Translations under genes and position numbers: made by a program | Assembly: GCA_030141605.1 (NCBI GenBank) | Contig: JAQGDQ010000047.1 | Coordinates: forward strand, 124,001-188,000 | Origin: Tubiluchus corallicola | Taxonomy: Eukaryota; Animalia; Priapulida | DNA length: 64,000 bases | Direction: 5' to 3' | Part shown: positions 12,272 through 25,053 of the stretch, one piece after another | How positions within the stretch are numbered: the first letter of the stretch is position 1 | Layout of the letters: every line of letters begins with the position of its first letter | Notes under the pieces: generated by a model | Seen by the model: the letters and a program-made list of their open reading frames with translations, nothing else | The model's database searches: none | Told to the model about the DNA's origin: nothing

Positions 12272-14612
12272 TGTTGCTTTTATGGAAAATTCATGCATTT
12301 GCAACAGTTTCATGTGCTCTGCTTTTTTTTTTTTTGCAGAAAGCCAATTCCATGTGATTTTAACATTTCTGTTTGGTTTTGGATGACGAGAATTAAGTTG
12401 TAATTATTTCTGTAATGCCTTTGCTGAACTAAACTAGCAGGATAAATAAAAGTAGAAATTTTTTTCTAAAAGAATCTCTTTTGTTTAAAATTTGTGTTAA
12501 AATAGATATGCACCAATCAGCATGACAATTAAGATTGATCGCAGCTTTGGTGATTTTGTAGTGTGTTATTTTGCCTCATCAGAAATGCTATCATGTGCTG
12601 GATATTGTCATCAATATCTACTCAAGAAATTATATGAATTTAACTATGTGTATATATGTATTGAACAAAACTTATTCTTAAGGAATGGTGTATGTTTAAA
12701 ATGTCTGTGTTACTTGAAAAAATATTGTACTTACTTTAAATCGTGTGCAAGCCTTCCAGTCATTACATTGCAGTTTCGGCTAGATTTTTGGCAAACTTGA
12801 TAGTATGTTATCAGTAATGCCCACAAGAACAATCTGGATCACTGGACTACATTACTAAGCCTATGTCATATATTAATCAGCATACTTTTTTAGTCTGTCT
12901 CCAAGAATTTGAAGGAAAATAAATAAATGATTTTAGTACATTTTTATCATGCACCAGTACTTATAAATATTGTGCAAGCATTGATTGCATTATTTGTATT
13001 TTAAAATATGCTTTCCATTAATGTAACCAGCATTAAATTTTGTGTTTGTATTAACTGTCTTTAAAAGCCATAGAGTCTGGCAAATATCCAGCATGTATTG
13101 ATTTGAGTTTACATTGAATTGATTTTTTGCAGCTTTCTTGTTTGAGAATTGTCAGTGTAGGTGCAAAATTTTTAATGTATTAAGATAATTTTTGAAAAAC
13201 TTTGTGGCACATTTCAATTTAGGCAAGTTTGCATTAAGCATGTCATAACGTATTTGTATATCTTACATGTCAGTTTTTTAGTATTGTTAAATTTATCATT
13301 AATCTGTGTGGACCACACTCTATAAATGTAAGGAAGTTAAATAATGTTCAGGCTACATATTTCTAACAAGCATTCTTCGTATTCTTTAGAATTATAATTT
13401 TTGTAGAATTTAAATGTAGTAATGGAGCGTATAATAGGCCCAAATTGTCTTACAATAAAAATAAAACAATGAACTCCGCAATTTTATACTGTTTCTATCT
13501 GCTGCTAAACCTTTTTTCTAGTTTTGTTTATTTTGTCGTTTTGCCGACCAGCTTTGTAAAGATTACTTATGTATTGTAGCTGGCAAGGTAAATGATCATA
13601 TGAAAGCAATGCTAAATTAGAGTCTGAAAACTTTCTCACATTCATTGCGACACCAATGGACAAAGACTTGCTCTTTGGGCTGTTATGGTAACCATTACAC
13701 CGCAGAAGTACTGAGATTTCAGCACTACAGTTCTGTAATCTGATTTTAAAGGCACTACATCTTGGATTAATTAAAATCAATGTTCAGATCTGACAGAAAA
13801 GTAATGCCCGGAACAAATCTAATGATTGCATTGCTTAATTTTCAGAAAGTACTGGGTCACTGCTGAATTCCCAAATTGAGAAATCTCTGCGACTTTTCTT
13901 AAACCAAACGCGACAAACTAATCAGAAAGCTTCCGATTCTGACTGCGGTGGCTATCTTCTCAACCCCCACTCCCCCCCTCCCCAGAAATAGCCGGCTGAA
14001 AATGGCCTGCAAACAAAATGCACATGTCAGCGACTGTAAAAAATTACACGGTAATCAATTTTTCGCAATTAAGTGGACACAGTAGATGCTATTTGAAAAC
14101 TGGATCATCCATTGAAAATGGTAACTAGTGATGAGACTGTAGTGACAACAATAATTTGAATTCTCTTAGCTCAAATTGAGTTCCAGCATTTTTTCAGTTG
14201 TCTTTATCCTTGTTACATATTCTTAAATTAGCTATGTATTCGTTGTAAAAACTTAAATTGAGTTCTGGCATCTTTCAGTTGTCTTATCTTTTGTTCCCTA
14301 TTTGCTAAATTTGATAAATATTCACTATAAGCTAAATTATTACTACAGTTGTAAAATGTTTTATTCAGCCAAACCTTGTTCAACATGCATACATATTATT
14401 TCCAATGTCTTCTGCAGAATGACCTACTACACTTAAAGTGGAAAATGCAAATACTAGTAAGTGAAAAATTTGGTCAACATTAAGTCCTATACAATTACAT
14501 GTATGTCAAAAACAAGATAAACTAAATGCAAAAAAATTACAGAACATCAAAAACAGCAAAGTTTTCAATTAAAAATAAAAACACTGAAAAGGTATTTCAA
14601 TCTTCACATATT

Positions 14613-15225
14613 CAGGACCGGCTCTACCACTAAGCAATTGCCAAATGTTTTTGGTGGAGGTGCCAAATTCTGGAAGTAATTATTTAATTTTGAAATTTAG
14701 TATAAGTAATAGAATGGTGTATGTGTAACAAACTGCGTTATTTTCCTGTCAAAATAAAAGACTCATCGATACCAGTAAATCCGGTAGTAAATAATGTCTT
14801 CCAGTGGCAAAAAACTTTCTATTTTTGCTTTACGTGGTTTCCTAAGATTACGTCATTACCATGCTTTTGCCCATATATGCTTACAGGATGGATGACTTTT
14901 CGTTAATAAAATATTCCTTACAAAAGCATTTATCTAACAGTGACAGATAAACCTATATGAACCTTCAAGACGGAATACACGAAACAAAAGGTAAAAAAGC
15001 TGACGAGTCACATAGAGCACAATTGGGTCATAAATCCAATTTCAAATTCCAGCAGTTATAAATTCAATTTCAAAATCAATCAGCACAAACTGTAAATAGG
15101 CAATTAACTACACTTAATTAGTACACTGTAATACACACAATATTGGGAGCGTTGTTGGGGATCGTGAGGGAGGCGCCAAAACTATGCCTTTGCCTAGGGC
15201 GTTAAAACATGTAAAGCCGGCCCTG
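14613..15225. mobile_element. hAT-superfamily MITE
   Basis: TIR caggaccggctcta ... taaagccggccctg with a perfect 8-bp TSD cacatatt (14605-14612 and 15226-15233). Confidence 0.9.
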
Positions 15226-15962
15226 CACATATTCCATGCATTTACGCAACTATTATATCTACCAAAATAAACGTTATAAAGAACACCAAAGAATAAAAAA
15301 AATTCTACAACTATAAGGTTACAAAAAGCACAAGATTTCATATTTTCCAACATTAAGCAATTTTACACAAACATAAGCTATTATCTTCTAATATTACGGC
15401 CTATAATTTAATATCTACATATTCAAACTTGCTACAATAGGACAAATTCGGTTTAGTATTCGCAAGATAACAGCAGCTGCAAAGTAACCTGTTCAAATGA
15501 ACTACCGTGGAACATGTGGCTATGTGTCCCAGACTTGTAGTCCTTATGTAGCAATACATGTATAAAACGAGCTTTCACTTTTTAATAGTACACGTATAAT
15601 TATACTACACATCGAAATTCGAAAATGCAAATGTTTCTCGTCGTAATTTAAAAAAAATCACTACTTATGAATTGCAACTGTGGTTTAGAAATGTACTGCA
15701 AGTATTGGCCTTCAAGTGGGAGGTACAGAATTGTCACAGTTACTTAGTTAAGTAACCAAGGTCTGGCAGCACATGTTGGAATGCTAAGAGAAATTTAAAT
15801 TTAAGTTTGCAACATTGCACACTATAATGGTGCGGTGAGAGTTCTAACAAGTATTAACCAAAACCACTACACTTAGTATATAACACAGTGGTTATGTACA
15901 AAACATATCTAAATTTCATTCAAGTGTTTCAAAAAAAATAAATGCAGATTTGCAAATTTATT

Positions 15963-16029
15963 TCAGTCACTGGGTGATGTATTCTTCTTCTCCGATTGTT
16001 TTCTGTGCTTCAATTGAACTTTGGGCATC
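15963..16029 (-). CDS. Putative spliced terminal exon of ZNF-1 (adds RMPKVQLKHRKQSEKKNTSPSD*)
   Basis: Donor AG|GTATGC at 16412/16411 just before the ZNF-1 stop; acceptor tgttattgcag| at 16031-16030; phase-compatible; TGA followed immediately by AATAAA (15962-15957). Confidence 0.5.
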
Positions 16030-16398
16030 CTGCAATAACACAAGAGTTACAATGCTGCTATATCATAAAACATAGTGACTTCAATTTTATTGAAACACAT
16101 TTATCAATAAAAAAAATTCTCTGGTCCATACAGCTTTTTAAACAAAAATGTTAAACAGGTCTTTGAAAATCTTGAAATATGATAACTACAATAACAGCCG
16201 ATAAACAAAAAGACGAGCAACAGAATTTAATGCTAATGTTCATAACGCTAAGAAGTAGAAAACTACAAAAATGCAAATTCTTGAAATGCTACGAAAAATG
16301 TGCAAAGTGACACAGAATAAAAACTAATGAGCTTAATTGCGCTCCTTGCCTCATGTCAACTGCGGTTCAGCATGGTTGTAAAGAAATATTTGCAAAGA

Positions 16399-17769
16399 TT
16401 AAATGGCATACCTTTTGAGAATTGATGGTTTATTAAAACTTGCTGTCGGATACTTTGCAGCTTGACTATCACCTTCTTCCTTAATTTTTCTTCTTCTTGG
16501 TGACGTAACAGTGGGTGAAGCAGGTAATGGTGAAGATCTTTCTTGTGGCTTTTTCCTTTTTCTCAAAACCTTTTCATAAGTGACGGCAGTGTTGGTGTTT
16601 TCTGGAACTTCTTTTGGTTTCTCCGGAGGTTTTGGTTTAAAGCCTGGACACCTCGCTCGATGTACCTTCATATTGCGATCTCGTCTAAATGTTTTCCCGC
16701 AACCATCACAAGCAAATGCCCTTTCCTTCGAATGAACAGCCATATGAGATTTCAAATTAGCTTTCAAAATAAAGCCCCTGCCACAGATCCCGCAAACATG
16801 CCTTCTGTCATTCATATGGCTCCTCATATGAGAGTGGAGATAGCGCTTATCTTTGAAGGCCATATGACAAATTTCACAGCCATGAATTCTCTCCTCATGA
16901 ATGACACGATGCCGTTTCAGATCTTTTTGCAACCGGAATGATTTACCGCAAATGTTGCAGAGACATGGTCGTTCATCGGAGTGTGTACGCCGGTGACTCG
17001 CTCTCCAACCAGCTTGTTGAAAATGCTTGCCACAGATATCACATTCATAAGGCATCTCGCCTGTATGAACTCTTAAATGAGCGGTCAAATCTCCCTTCTG
17101 TTTGCAACGATGTCCACATACGTCACATACAAAATCTCTGGCTTCACTGTGTCGGTAAGTCATGTGCTCCTTCAGAAACTTGAAATACTTATTACATATG
17201 GAGCAAACTCCATCCCTCATTTTCTTCGGCGGGCTAGCAGATTGATGCGAAATCATACTTTCATCAACTTGCAACTGCTGCAAATCCGGATCGTCGATAG
17301 GGGTTTCACTCGTTATTTCTTGTTTAATGCTACCAGTGTGCACAAAATCAATTGTAGACTGAGTTATCTCATTCTTAACAATCTCCTCATGCTGGGAGTC
17401 ATCTCCTTGTGGTTCTTCACTTGTATAAATGATATAATCACCAGCTCCTTCTTGAACAGCATACTCAGTTTCTGGTACGTCTGCTGCATCGGTTCCAGGT
17501 ATCAAATCTGCTTCAGGGTCTGTTTCTTCACTTTCAATGAGAATGATTGTAGTTCCACGATCAGCAGCACCGTCGTTTTGTGGAGCCTTGACATCCCTTT
17601 CTCTGCCACTGCTGACAGGTTTTTGTGGTTTCACCTCGTCGGAAGATGGTTGAAACACGACACATTCTTCACAGTGAGCTGATCGACAATGTGTGAAGAA
17701 ACTTTTTTCAGTTGAAAATAACTGCGAGCAAGAAGTGCATTTTAAATACACTACAAGCTTTCCTTCCAT
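16399..17769 (-). CDS. C2H2 zinc-finger protein, paralog 1 (N-terminal zinc module + acidic linker + 7 fingers + basic tail), 456 aa
   Basis: Start MEGKL at 17769 chosen by alignment with the paralogs; 7 fingers with TGE-type linkers, the last C2HC; acceptor ttttattacag| at 17830-17829. Confidence 0.92.
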   Translation of the reverse strand: MEGKLVVYLKCTSCSQLFSTEKSFFTHCRSAHCEECVVFQPSSDEVKPQKPVSSGRERDVKAPQNDGAADRGTTIILIESEETDPEADLIPGTDAADVPETEYAVQEGAGDYIIYTSEEPQGDDSQHEEIVKNEITQSTIDFVHTGSIKQEITSETPIDDPDLQQLQVDESMISHQSASPPKKMRDGVCSICNKYFKFLKEHMTYRHSEARDFVCDVCGHRCKQKGDLTAHLRVHTGEMPYECDICGKHFQQAGWRASHRRTHSDERPCLCNICGKSFRLQKDLKRHRVIHEERIHGCEICHMAFKDKRYLHSHMRSHMNDRRHVCGICGRGFILKANLKSHMAVHSKERAFACDGCGKTFRRDRNMKVHRARCPGFKPKPPEKPKEVPENTNTAVTYEKVLRKRKKPQERSSPLPASPTVTSPRRRKIKEEGDSQAAKYPTASFNKPSILKRYAI

Positions 17770-19479
17770 TTTAAAACACCTCACAAGAAGTAGTAAATGC
17801 TGTTCTACACAATTTTCACTTTATAGACCTGTAATAAAATACGATAATGCAATTTGTTGTGTGTCACGTTAACTGCAATTATAGGAAAAATTCCCGAATG
17901 TTTATACTATAAGGCGATATAATACAATTTATTTCACATCATAGTTAACTATAAAAATTTATTCCCAAGTCTATACCAACCTACTGGAAATTTTATATTT
18001 TTATTTATTACTTTTCAGTAATAAGTTTAATCTGATTATTGTCCTAGATAATTATAGCACAAGTAGCTAAAACCTTTTCAGCCTTACAATAGAAACTGCT
18101 ACAAATGTACTGTTTGATTTAAAGTCAATTAATACATTGGTTGCATATATACCTGAAGCATTTTAATGTTCCACATTTTAATCTTTAACAAAAAGGAAAA
18201 CAATTTACTGACACATTTCACATTAGTTTTCTGCATTTTTGTCTAGGTAGCCTGCACTGTCATAATATGATAAAATCGGTCCATATGGTCCAACAAATCA
18301 TTGCATTGCCAATAATTATTTAATATTATTAGTTACTAACAGAAAATATGAAAATTAAAAGCAATTTACATGTATTAATGTTTCAAACAATTCTGTAAAT
18401 ATATCGAGTTGTGGAGACAGCTTTGTTTTCTAGCCTAGATTGAGCATTCGCAAATGTTGTTTCAATTAAATGTTTGAATTATACTGGATTAAAAAAAGCA
18501 ATAGTCATGTTTATAAAATTGTAATGCAAGTGAACTATAATCACCAAAAATATTATACCAAGGTCTTTTGTGATAAACTAAGATATTATTGCACATAATA
18601 AAAAAATCTATGACATTTTTTGATGAATTGCAAAAGTAAGTAATTTAATTTTACAAACACTGTACAGAATACAGCTAAATATGACATAAGACAAGAAAAG
18701 GAAATCCTGGCAATCAGAGGACATTAAACTATGAAGTAGGACCATGTATAAACAAAGCCATTTCATGGATGACAAACAACTATACTGGTAACTGAAAGTA
18801 AATATTACCGCAGCAATCATTCACATAAAATAACATGTCAGAGCAAGTAGAAAAACACAGATTTCTTTAGTTGGGCATTTCCACAGTGCCGGATGTACAT
18901 TTCAGACGCTGATTCTTTGCTGGCTGTTTTTACATACAATGATTAAGAAATTGTAGGTCTTATATACAAAAGGCAGTCCCCCCCCTATAAGTTCAAGCTA
19001 TATCAGTCTTTTTGTGTTTGTAATTTGTGAAATACTTTTATAAAATATCAAGGTGTCGGAAATATGCAGAAAACGTATATTTTTAAGACTTGCTTGAATA
19101 AGATTCAAAATTCTGCAAAGTATTGATAGTTGTGTTTAACTTTTTGATGTGTATGTGTACTGTACCTTCTTTTGTAAATAATGGTTAGGATGTTGAGTTT
19201 CATTGTTCAAACTAGTGGTTCACTTTGATTTTTGTTTGGCGTCGGACGTACATTTTTTGGTGTCAGACATACATGTGCAAAAACTAAATAAAAACTGGAG
19301 GTTTTGTAAGCTAGGTTTTTTCACAAATGTGTGTATGTGTAAAACTAAAGCAAATTAAATCAAAGTAGTCAAAAAAGTAAAAGTTAAACTCAATAACGAA
19401 CTTTTCAGACTGTCATTATAGTGACTATATAAGCCTGCACTGGTTATAAGAAAAAAAGTTTTGTTGTATAAGATGTAAG

Positions 19480-20632
19480 AGGTCATTGGACATGTTAGTT
19501 CCTCGAGTCCAATATACAAACTTTTCGGCAAAGTGTTGCCCTGGATGTTTTTCTTTTGTAAGCTTCTCAAGAAAATGTGACTCTATGATTGTGGTATGTC
19601 TCACACCAAAAAACAACATTATTCTTATCACAGGAATACAAATGGATCCCAGTACCTACAGTCTAAAATATAATGCATACTTCATGTCTGCAACACATAC
19701 ACAAGGATACATGACATTAGGTGATAATGGTGTAACAGAAAGATGAGCAATTATAATGTATGTCACACAGTGGGTACATCTGACACAAAGTAGCACACAT
19801 TTGCTAGAAGATAGCCCTATTATGGGTGAAGCACATTTGCATTATGGGACACCTGACCTTAAAGAAAAGACTGCCTTCTGGCAAATTACGCTAAATTTAA
19901 ATATTCGTGAAAAATGTTAGAAGGATTTAGTAATATAAGTGTTATAAGTGCCGGGTGCAATTAGTAAAATCACTTGCAATCATTTCACATTTGGGCGCTC
20001 CCATTTTGAACAACCATTCCACCAATAACATCTTTTATCGACTAAAGAAAAGCAGCACACCAATTGTCCATTTGCATTAAAGCTGTATTAATTTTTACAA
20101 AAACGGATAACAAATTTTGATATTTTTGCATGAAGATTAGATTAGCCTTCTAACATTTTTCGCAAATACTGAAATAAGCCTAACTTCACAGAATGCTTTG
20201 CTTTTCCTTCAAGGTCAGGTGTCCCATAATGCAACTGTGTTTCGTCAATACTAGGGCTCTCTGTGGGCTAATGTGTACCAGTTCGGTATCGGATGTCCCA
20301 GTGTCGAACGTACATTATAATCAGTAGTATTTCTACTACACCATTATAATCTAATGACATGTATCGATGTGTATGTGCTGCAGACATGAAGTATGCAATG
20401 TATCGATGTGTATGTGCTGCAGACATGAAGTATGCAATGTATTTTAAATTGTGGGTACTAGGACTAAATGGCACTGTTGTGAGAACAATAAATGCTAATT
20501 TTTGGTGTAGGATATACCACAACGATAGGGTCAGGTTTCCCCAAATAGCATGCAGAAGAGAAAACAGCAAAGGCAACACTTTACACCACACTGAAAAGTC
20601 TATGTAGCGGACTTAAAGAACTAATATGGAGA
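19480..20632. mobile_element. Foldback / long-inverted-repeat element (arms about 450 bp)
   Basis: ttgcattatgggacacctgacctt (19837-19860) is the exact reverse complement of 20211-20234. Further matching blocks at ~19671-19700 vs ~20368-20400, ~19520-19540 vs ~20571-20598, and ~19901-19925 vs ~20146-20170. The right arm has a 39-bp tandem duplication. Outer ends approximate. Confidence 0.85.
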
Positions 20633-21233
20633 ATGACTTCAGGCTGCTTTTTACAAGAAAATATGGAAGTAAAGAGCATCAAGTTTGCATGTCTCACGTG
20701 CAGATTATGAGATTTGAGACTATATTTGAGAATATATTTCAATCTAAAAGTTTTTATTTTGCATCAAAAGTATTTTTCTTCAAAACTAGGTGACATTATC
20801 TACGTAATTAATACACGAACAACTCTGTAGAATAATTTCAAAATTTTGGTGTTCGGGTTGACATATTGGTGGAATTGCCCAGTTTCTTATACAATGCAGC
20901 GAAGAAATTTGCTAAATAGTCTCACAAAAACTGTCTTAAGTCACCCAAAGCAATCAGGTAATACACGTATTACACAAATTAGAAATATATGCTATATAAA
21001 GAGTAATAAACAACTACATATGCAGCAATACTGCTCTTGTACGAAATCATGCAACACTTACGAGACTACAACTCAAGGTAGTCACAAGAAGAGCATTTTT
21101 ATTACTGAGATGCCACAAGAAAAGCAAATAATTACAAGTGCACTGCTATGGTGACTGATAAAGATTCACTAATCAATCAGTATTAGAGATCTCTAAATTC
21201 TGATAGCAACTGTGCGTCATGCATAAATTTATT

Positions 21234-22445
21234 TTAACCAGTAGTGCTAGGACAAAGGGCTGTATGCTGTTTAAGAAAATGAGCCCGACTAAAATGTTTT
21301 TCACAATGAGTACACGTAAAAGGTTTTTCTCCAGTGTGACATCGTTTATGTGATTCTAAATTGGTTTTCAAAACAAAGCCCCTTCCACAAATTTCACATT
21401 TATGTTTTTTATTTTCTAGATGGCACTGTTTGTGATTGTACAAGTAGTGCTTCAATTTGAAATCCATGCCACATATTTCACAAGCATATTTTCTCTCAGT
21501 ACCATGTGTCTTCAAGTGTGTCTGCAAATGCACATTAGAATAAAATGACTTGCCACACACAGTACATAAAAATTGCTTGTCATTAAAATGTCTTCGCACA
21601 TGATTCGTCTTCTGAAATGCCTGTTTAAATGTTTCCCCACACACATCACACTTGTATGGTTTGTCGTGTGTGTGCACTCTCATGTGTGTTTGCAATACAC
21701 ACTTCTGTTTAAAAGAAGACCCACACACTTCACACACATAAGGCCGACGTTCTCCCAAAGCTGTGTGCTTATTTTTTACATGTTTGTATAACTGACTGTA
21801 GAATTTATTGCATATTTTGCAAGTTCCAGCATGGGGACTTTTCAATTTCTTATTTGCGTGCTTACTGGCATTGCATAAAGTAATAATGGAGTCAGTACTT
21901 TCTTTTGTTTTATCGTCTTGTTCAGCTAATTTAGGATCCAACGGCGTTGAAATTTCAGGAAGGTGATCAAGTCCAGCTACAAGTAAAGCATTAACGTCTT
22001 TTTCATTAGAAACGGAAACTTCTGTTTCAACATCATGACTGACAGCGCAAACCTGAAGAGTATTTTTAGGCATAATGTCTTCCTTATTACTTAGTAAGTA
22101 CTCAAATGGCATATCCTCATTAGGTAACTGTTCGTCCTTAAAATGTTTCAGAAAAGAAGCTTCATCAAAATCTGGCAAACAATCTTTTACGGAAACAATT
22201 TCATCTTTCATTTTTATGTCGTGTACAGCATCTTTCTCTTCGGTAATATCAAAAAGGTGCATAGTCTCAGCATCAAGAGGATAACATGTTGCATCCTGAG
22301 CTTCCACAGCAAGATTTACAATTTTCTCAGATATAAAAACCTCTTCACAGTGGTAAAACTTACAATGTTTATAAAATAGGTTCTCGGTCTTGAACATTTC
22401 TAAGCAAGATTTACACCTAAAGTGCAGTATGAGTTTGCTACTCAT
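21234..22445 (-). CDS. C2H2 zinc-finger protein, paralog 2, 403 aa
   Basis: Same N-terminal module (MSSKLILHFRCKSC...HCKFYHCEEVF) and 7-finger array; acceptor tttttaatacag| at 22532-22531. Confidence 0.92.
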   Translation of the reverse strand: MSSKLILHFRCKSCLEMFKTENLFYKHCKFYHCEEVFISEKIVNLAVEAQDATCYPLDAETMHLFDITEEKDAVHDIKMKDEIVSVKDCLPDFDEASFLKHFKDEQLPNEDMPFEYLLSNKEDIMPKNTLQVCAVSHDVETEVSVSNEKDVNALLVAGLDHLPEISTPLDPKLAEQDDKTKESTDSIITLCNASKHANKKLKSPHAGTCKICNKFYSQLYKHVKNKHTALGERRPYVCEVCGSSFKQKCVLQTHMRVHTHDKPYKCDVCGETFKQAFQKTNHVRRHFNDKQFLCTVCGKSFYSNVHLQTHLKTHGTERKYACEICGMDFKLKHYLYNHKQCHLENKKHKCEICGRGFVLKTNLESHKRCHTGEKPFTCTHCEKHFSRAHFLKQHTALCPSTTG

Positions 22446-25053
22446 TCCTACTGTTTATATGGTGAATGGTCTTCCCATCCGAATGTACAGCAAGAAAGAA
22501 AATCCAAGCCCACAATCGACGAGATTTAACCTGTATTAAAAACAATTTATGAACTGGTGCAATGCTCTTCTGTTCAGTTCTAGTATATACAAGTATACTT
22601 AATTTCAGGTTAAAGCTTTCAAGGCAAATGCATCGGAATAACGTGCACGCCCACTAACCATTTTAAGCAAAGCACAATATTACAGAATGTATTGTCACAG
22701 AAACTCAAGTTTTAAGTGTTAATTCCTCATTATAAGGTAAGGCCATACGGAACCAAAAATCACTAATAATGTGCTAGGAGCAAGATAGTTATCACTTGCT
22801 TTAATAAATAGATTTATTAAGCGGATGGATTTCTAAGTTTACTAAAGAGACCAGTTAAGTAGCATATTCTTTTTCTATCTTATCACAGTACATATTGTTT
22901 ATTCATGAAGCCAGTACTCTTCGATAAACTGCTCACAAAAAGTTTTTAAGTGCTATAACTTAGGAGTGTCTGTATAATAAAAGTAACTCGTATAAAGTAT
23001 GTATTGCTTATCTATACTGTCATTACTCTTTATCTATGAAAAGCTGTTTTCCAATTTATAAAAATGCAATACCACTAACTTTAATATCAGCAACAATTCA
23101 ATAGTCATGTATCTGAGTCACTAAAATTCTCGTGCACCAGGGTTTATCACCAAGAACTAACATGTTAATTTAACCAAATTAGATCTCTCATCTTGTACTT
23201 GACTGGTGCTTCTGCATCGTAATGTGTAATTTACACTGTTAAAGACAAATAATTTAGAAAAAATGCAAAGGTGAGCGTAAAACGTCCATAGAACAAAGAT
23301 GCTGATCTTGCTCAAGTTCAAATGCTGGACAATCATGTGATCTTAGTTAACAATTTTGTTGTTGTCTTTGAAACATGCAAAGTGTTTTTATCCAAAGCAC
23401 AGTTTAGATTTAATAAATGATGGATTTTACTAGGCTGAAGCACTGTAGTTCCAGCCATAGTGGCTACAATAAGCGGCTTTATTCATTAAGCAAGGATTTA
23501 TCAAGCGAATTCTACTGCATTTCCCAAAATTCAGGTTAGGCCAAATACTAGTTGTCTATAACCTATATCTTACCTATCATATGCAAAGTTACCTATCAGT
23601 TGATTTGAGAATTAACTACTTCAATGTAATTTTATAGTTCTAGCAATTATTTGTAAATAAATTAGCCTCAAATATACGTTCATCCATGAACTATCTCAAT
23701 CCAACACATTTTCTTCCATTACTTATGAAACAACTTTTTACATGGATAAAACAAAAGTATCAGAGAAATTTTTTTTGTAAAAATGTGTACTATCTCAACA
23801 CAGGGCAATTAAATTCACTTTATATAAAGTTGGTGTTCTATACGTTGGAAACAAATTATCAATTTCTGCTTACGATTATTAAATTAAGTACAATTACAGA
23901 CTGCAAAACTTAAATAGCAAAACAATGTCATACAGAAACATTAACAAACAAGCATAACTTTTAGCATGCATCCAAAAAAATTGAAAAATGAACAAATTTT
24001 ATACAAGATTTACTGATTTAACAAATTTAATTTCAAAATCAAATAGCGTAAGAATATTTACAGTGCATAGTTTTAGTGGACTCGTAAAGTTGTTGAAAAA
24101 AATTTAAAATAGAAAAATTAGTAACAGAAATTCTTTCAATTTAACAAAAACTGTTAGTACAACAGTTTTAGGACATTCGTTTAAAGGAAGACTGGACGAC
24201 TGTACACACTCAATCTCATTTTAATTTACTGTCCAAAATATGCACTTTCTTGCCTATAAAAGTTAACAATTGTCCCTTATATTTGAATAACTAGCTTAGA
24301 AAGTTAATTAACGGCAATCGAACACAGCTATTGCTTACGTCAGAAACTAACCACAGTTTGTGCAATGGTAGGTGTCTTTCCTTGCGCGTCAAGCACATTT
24401 GGATAGGTGTTACAGTACTGTGTAAACGCATGATGTCACGAAAAATGGGCTTTACATCATATGACGTCATGAAACTAACACAGCAGTTCATGATCATGGT
24501 TACGCGCACGTGACAAAAAGGTGCCGCTGCCAATCTTAGTAGATTCACTGAGCCACACGTAGCTTTGAAAGTTTAACAAAATTTGAGTATCCGAGGTAAT
24601 TATTATTTAATCTATGTTTTGAATTAAAGTAAGCTATTGTAGTTTTCAATATTCTAGAGCATTCTTTATTCTGAACTTGTGTTTACACAATCATCCGGTT
24701 TTCCTTTAAACAATATTAAACTAACATCCTGCAGGCACAAAGGAATTTTGAAAGTAGCAAGATTATGTTCAAAAATGCTATTGAGTTGACAACTACATAC
24801 ATACTATTAAAATTCAGGGCGTTACTGGTATGCAAATGCAAAAGATCTAAAACACCAAACAAATTTATGATATATTGTAACATGCAAAATCAAACTTTAC
24901 AATTTTTTATCAATCACATCAGCTTACACATAGACACCCATATATAGGTGGACATACATGTGGAGAGCATGCTCCATTTGATAACTACCTATAGCAAAAA
25001 TAACAGTAACAGTCGTGTTCATTTCGAGAACAGTTTAGGTCATAAACAAAAGT

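Noticed and set aside
10428-12313. Antisense and alternate-frame ORFs over ZMYND11 (and similarly over the ZNF genes, e.g. 17077-17682)
   Set aside because: Shadow ORFs of real coding sequence with no recognisable motifs.
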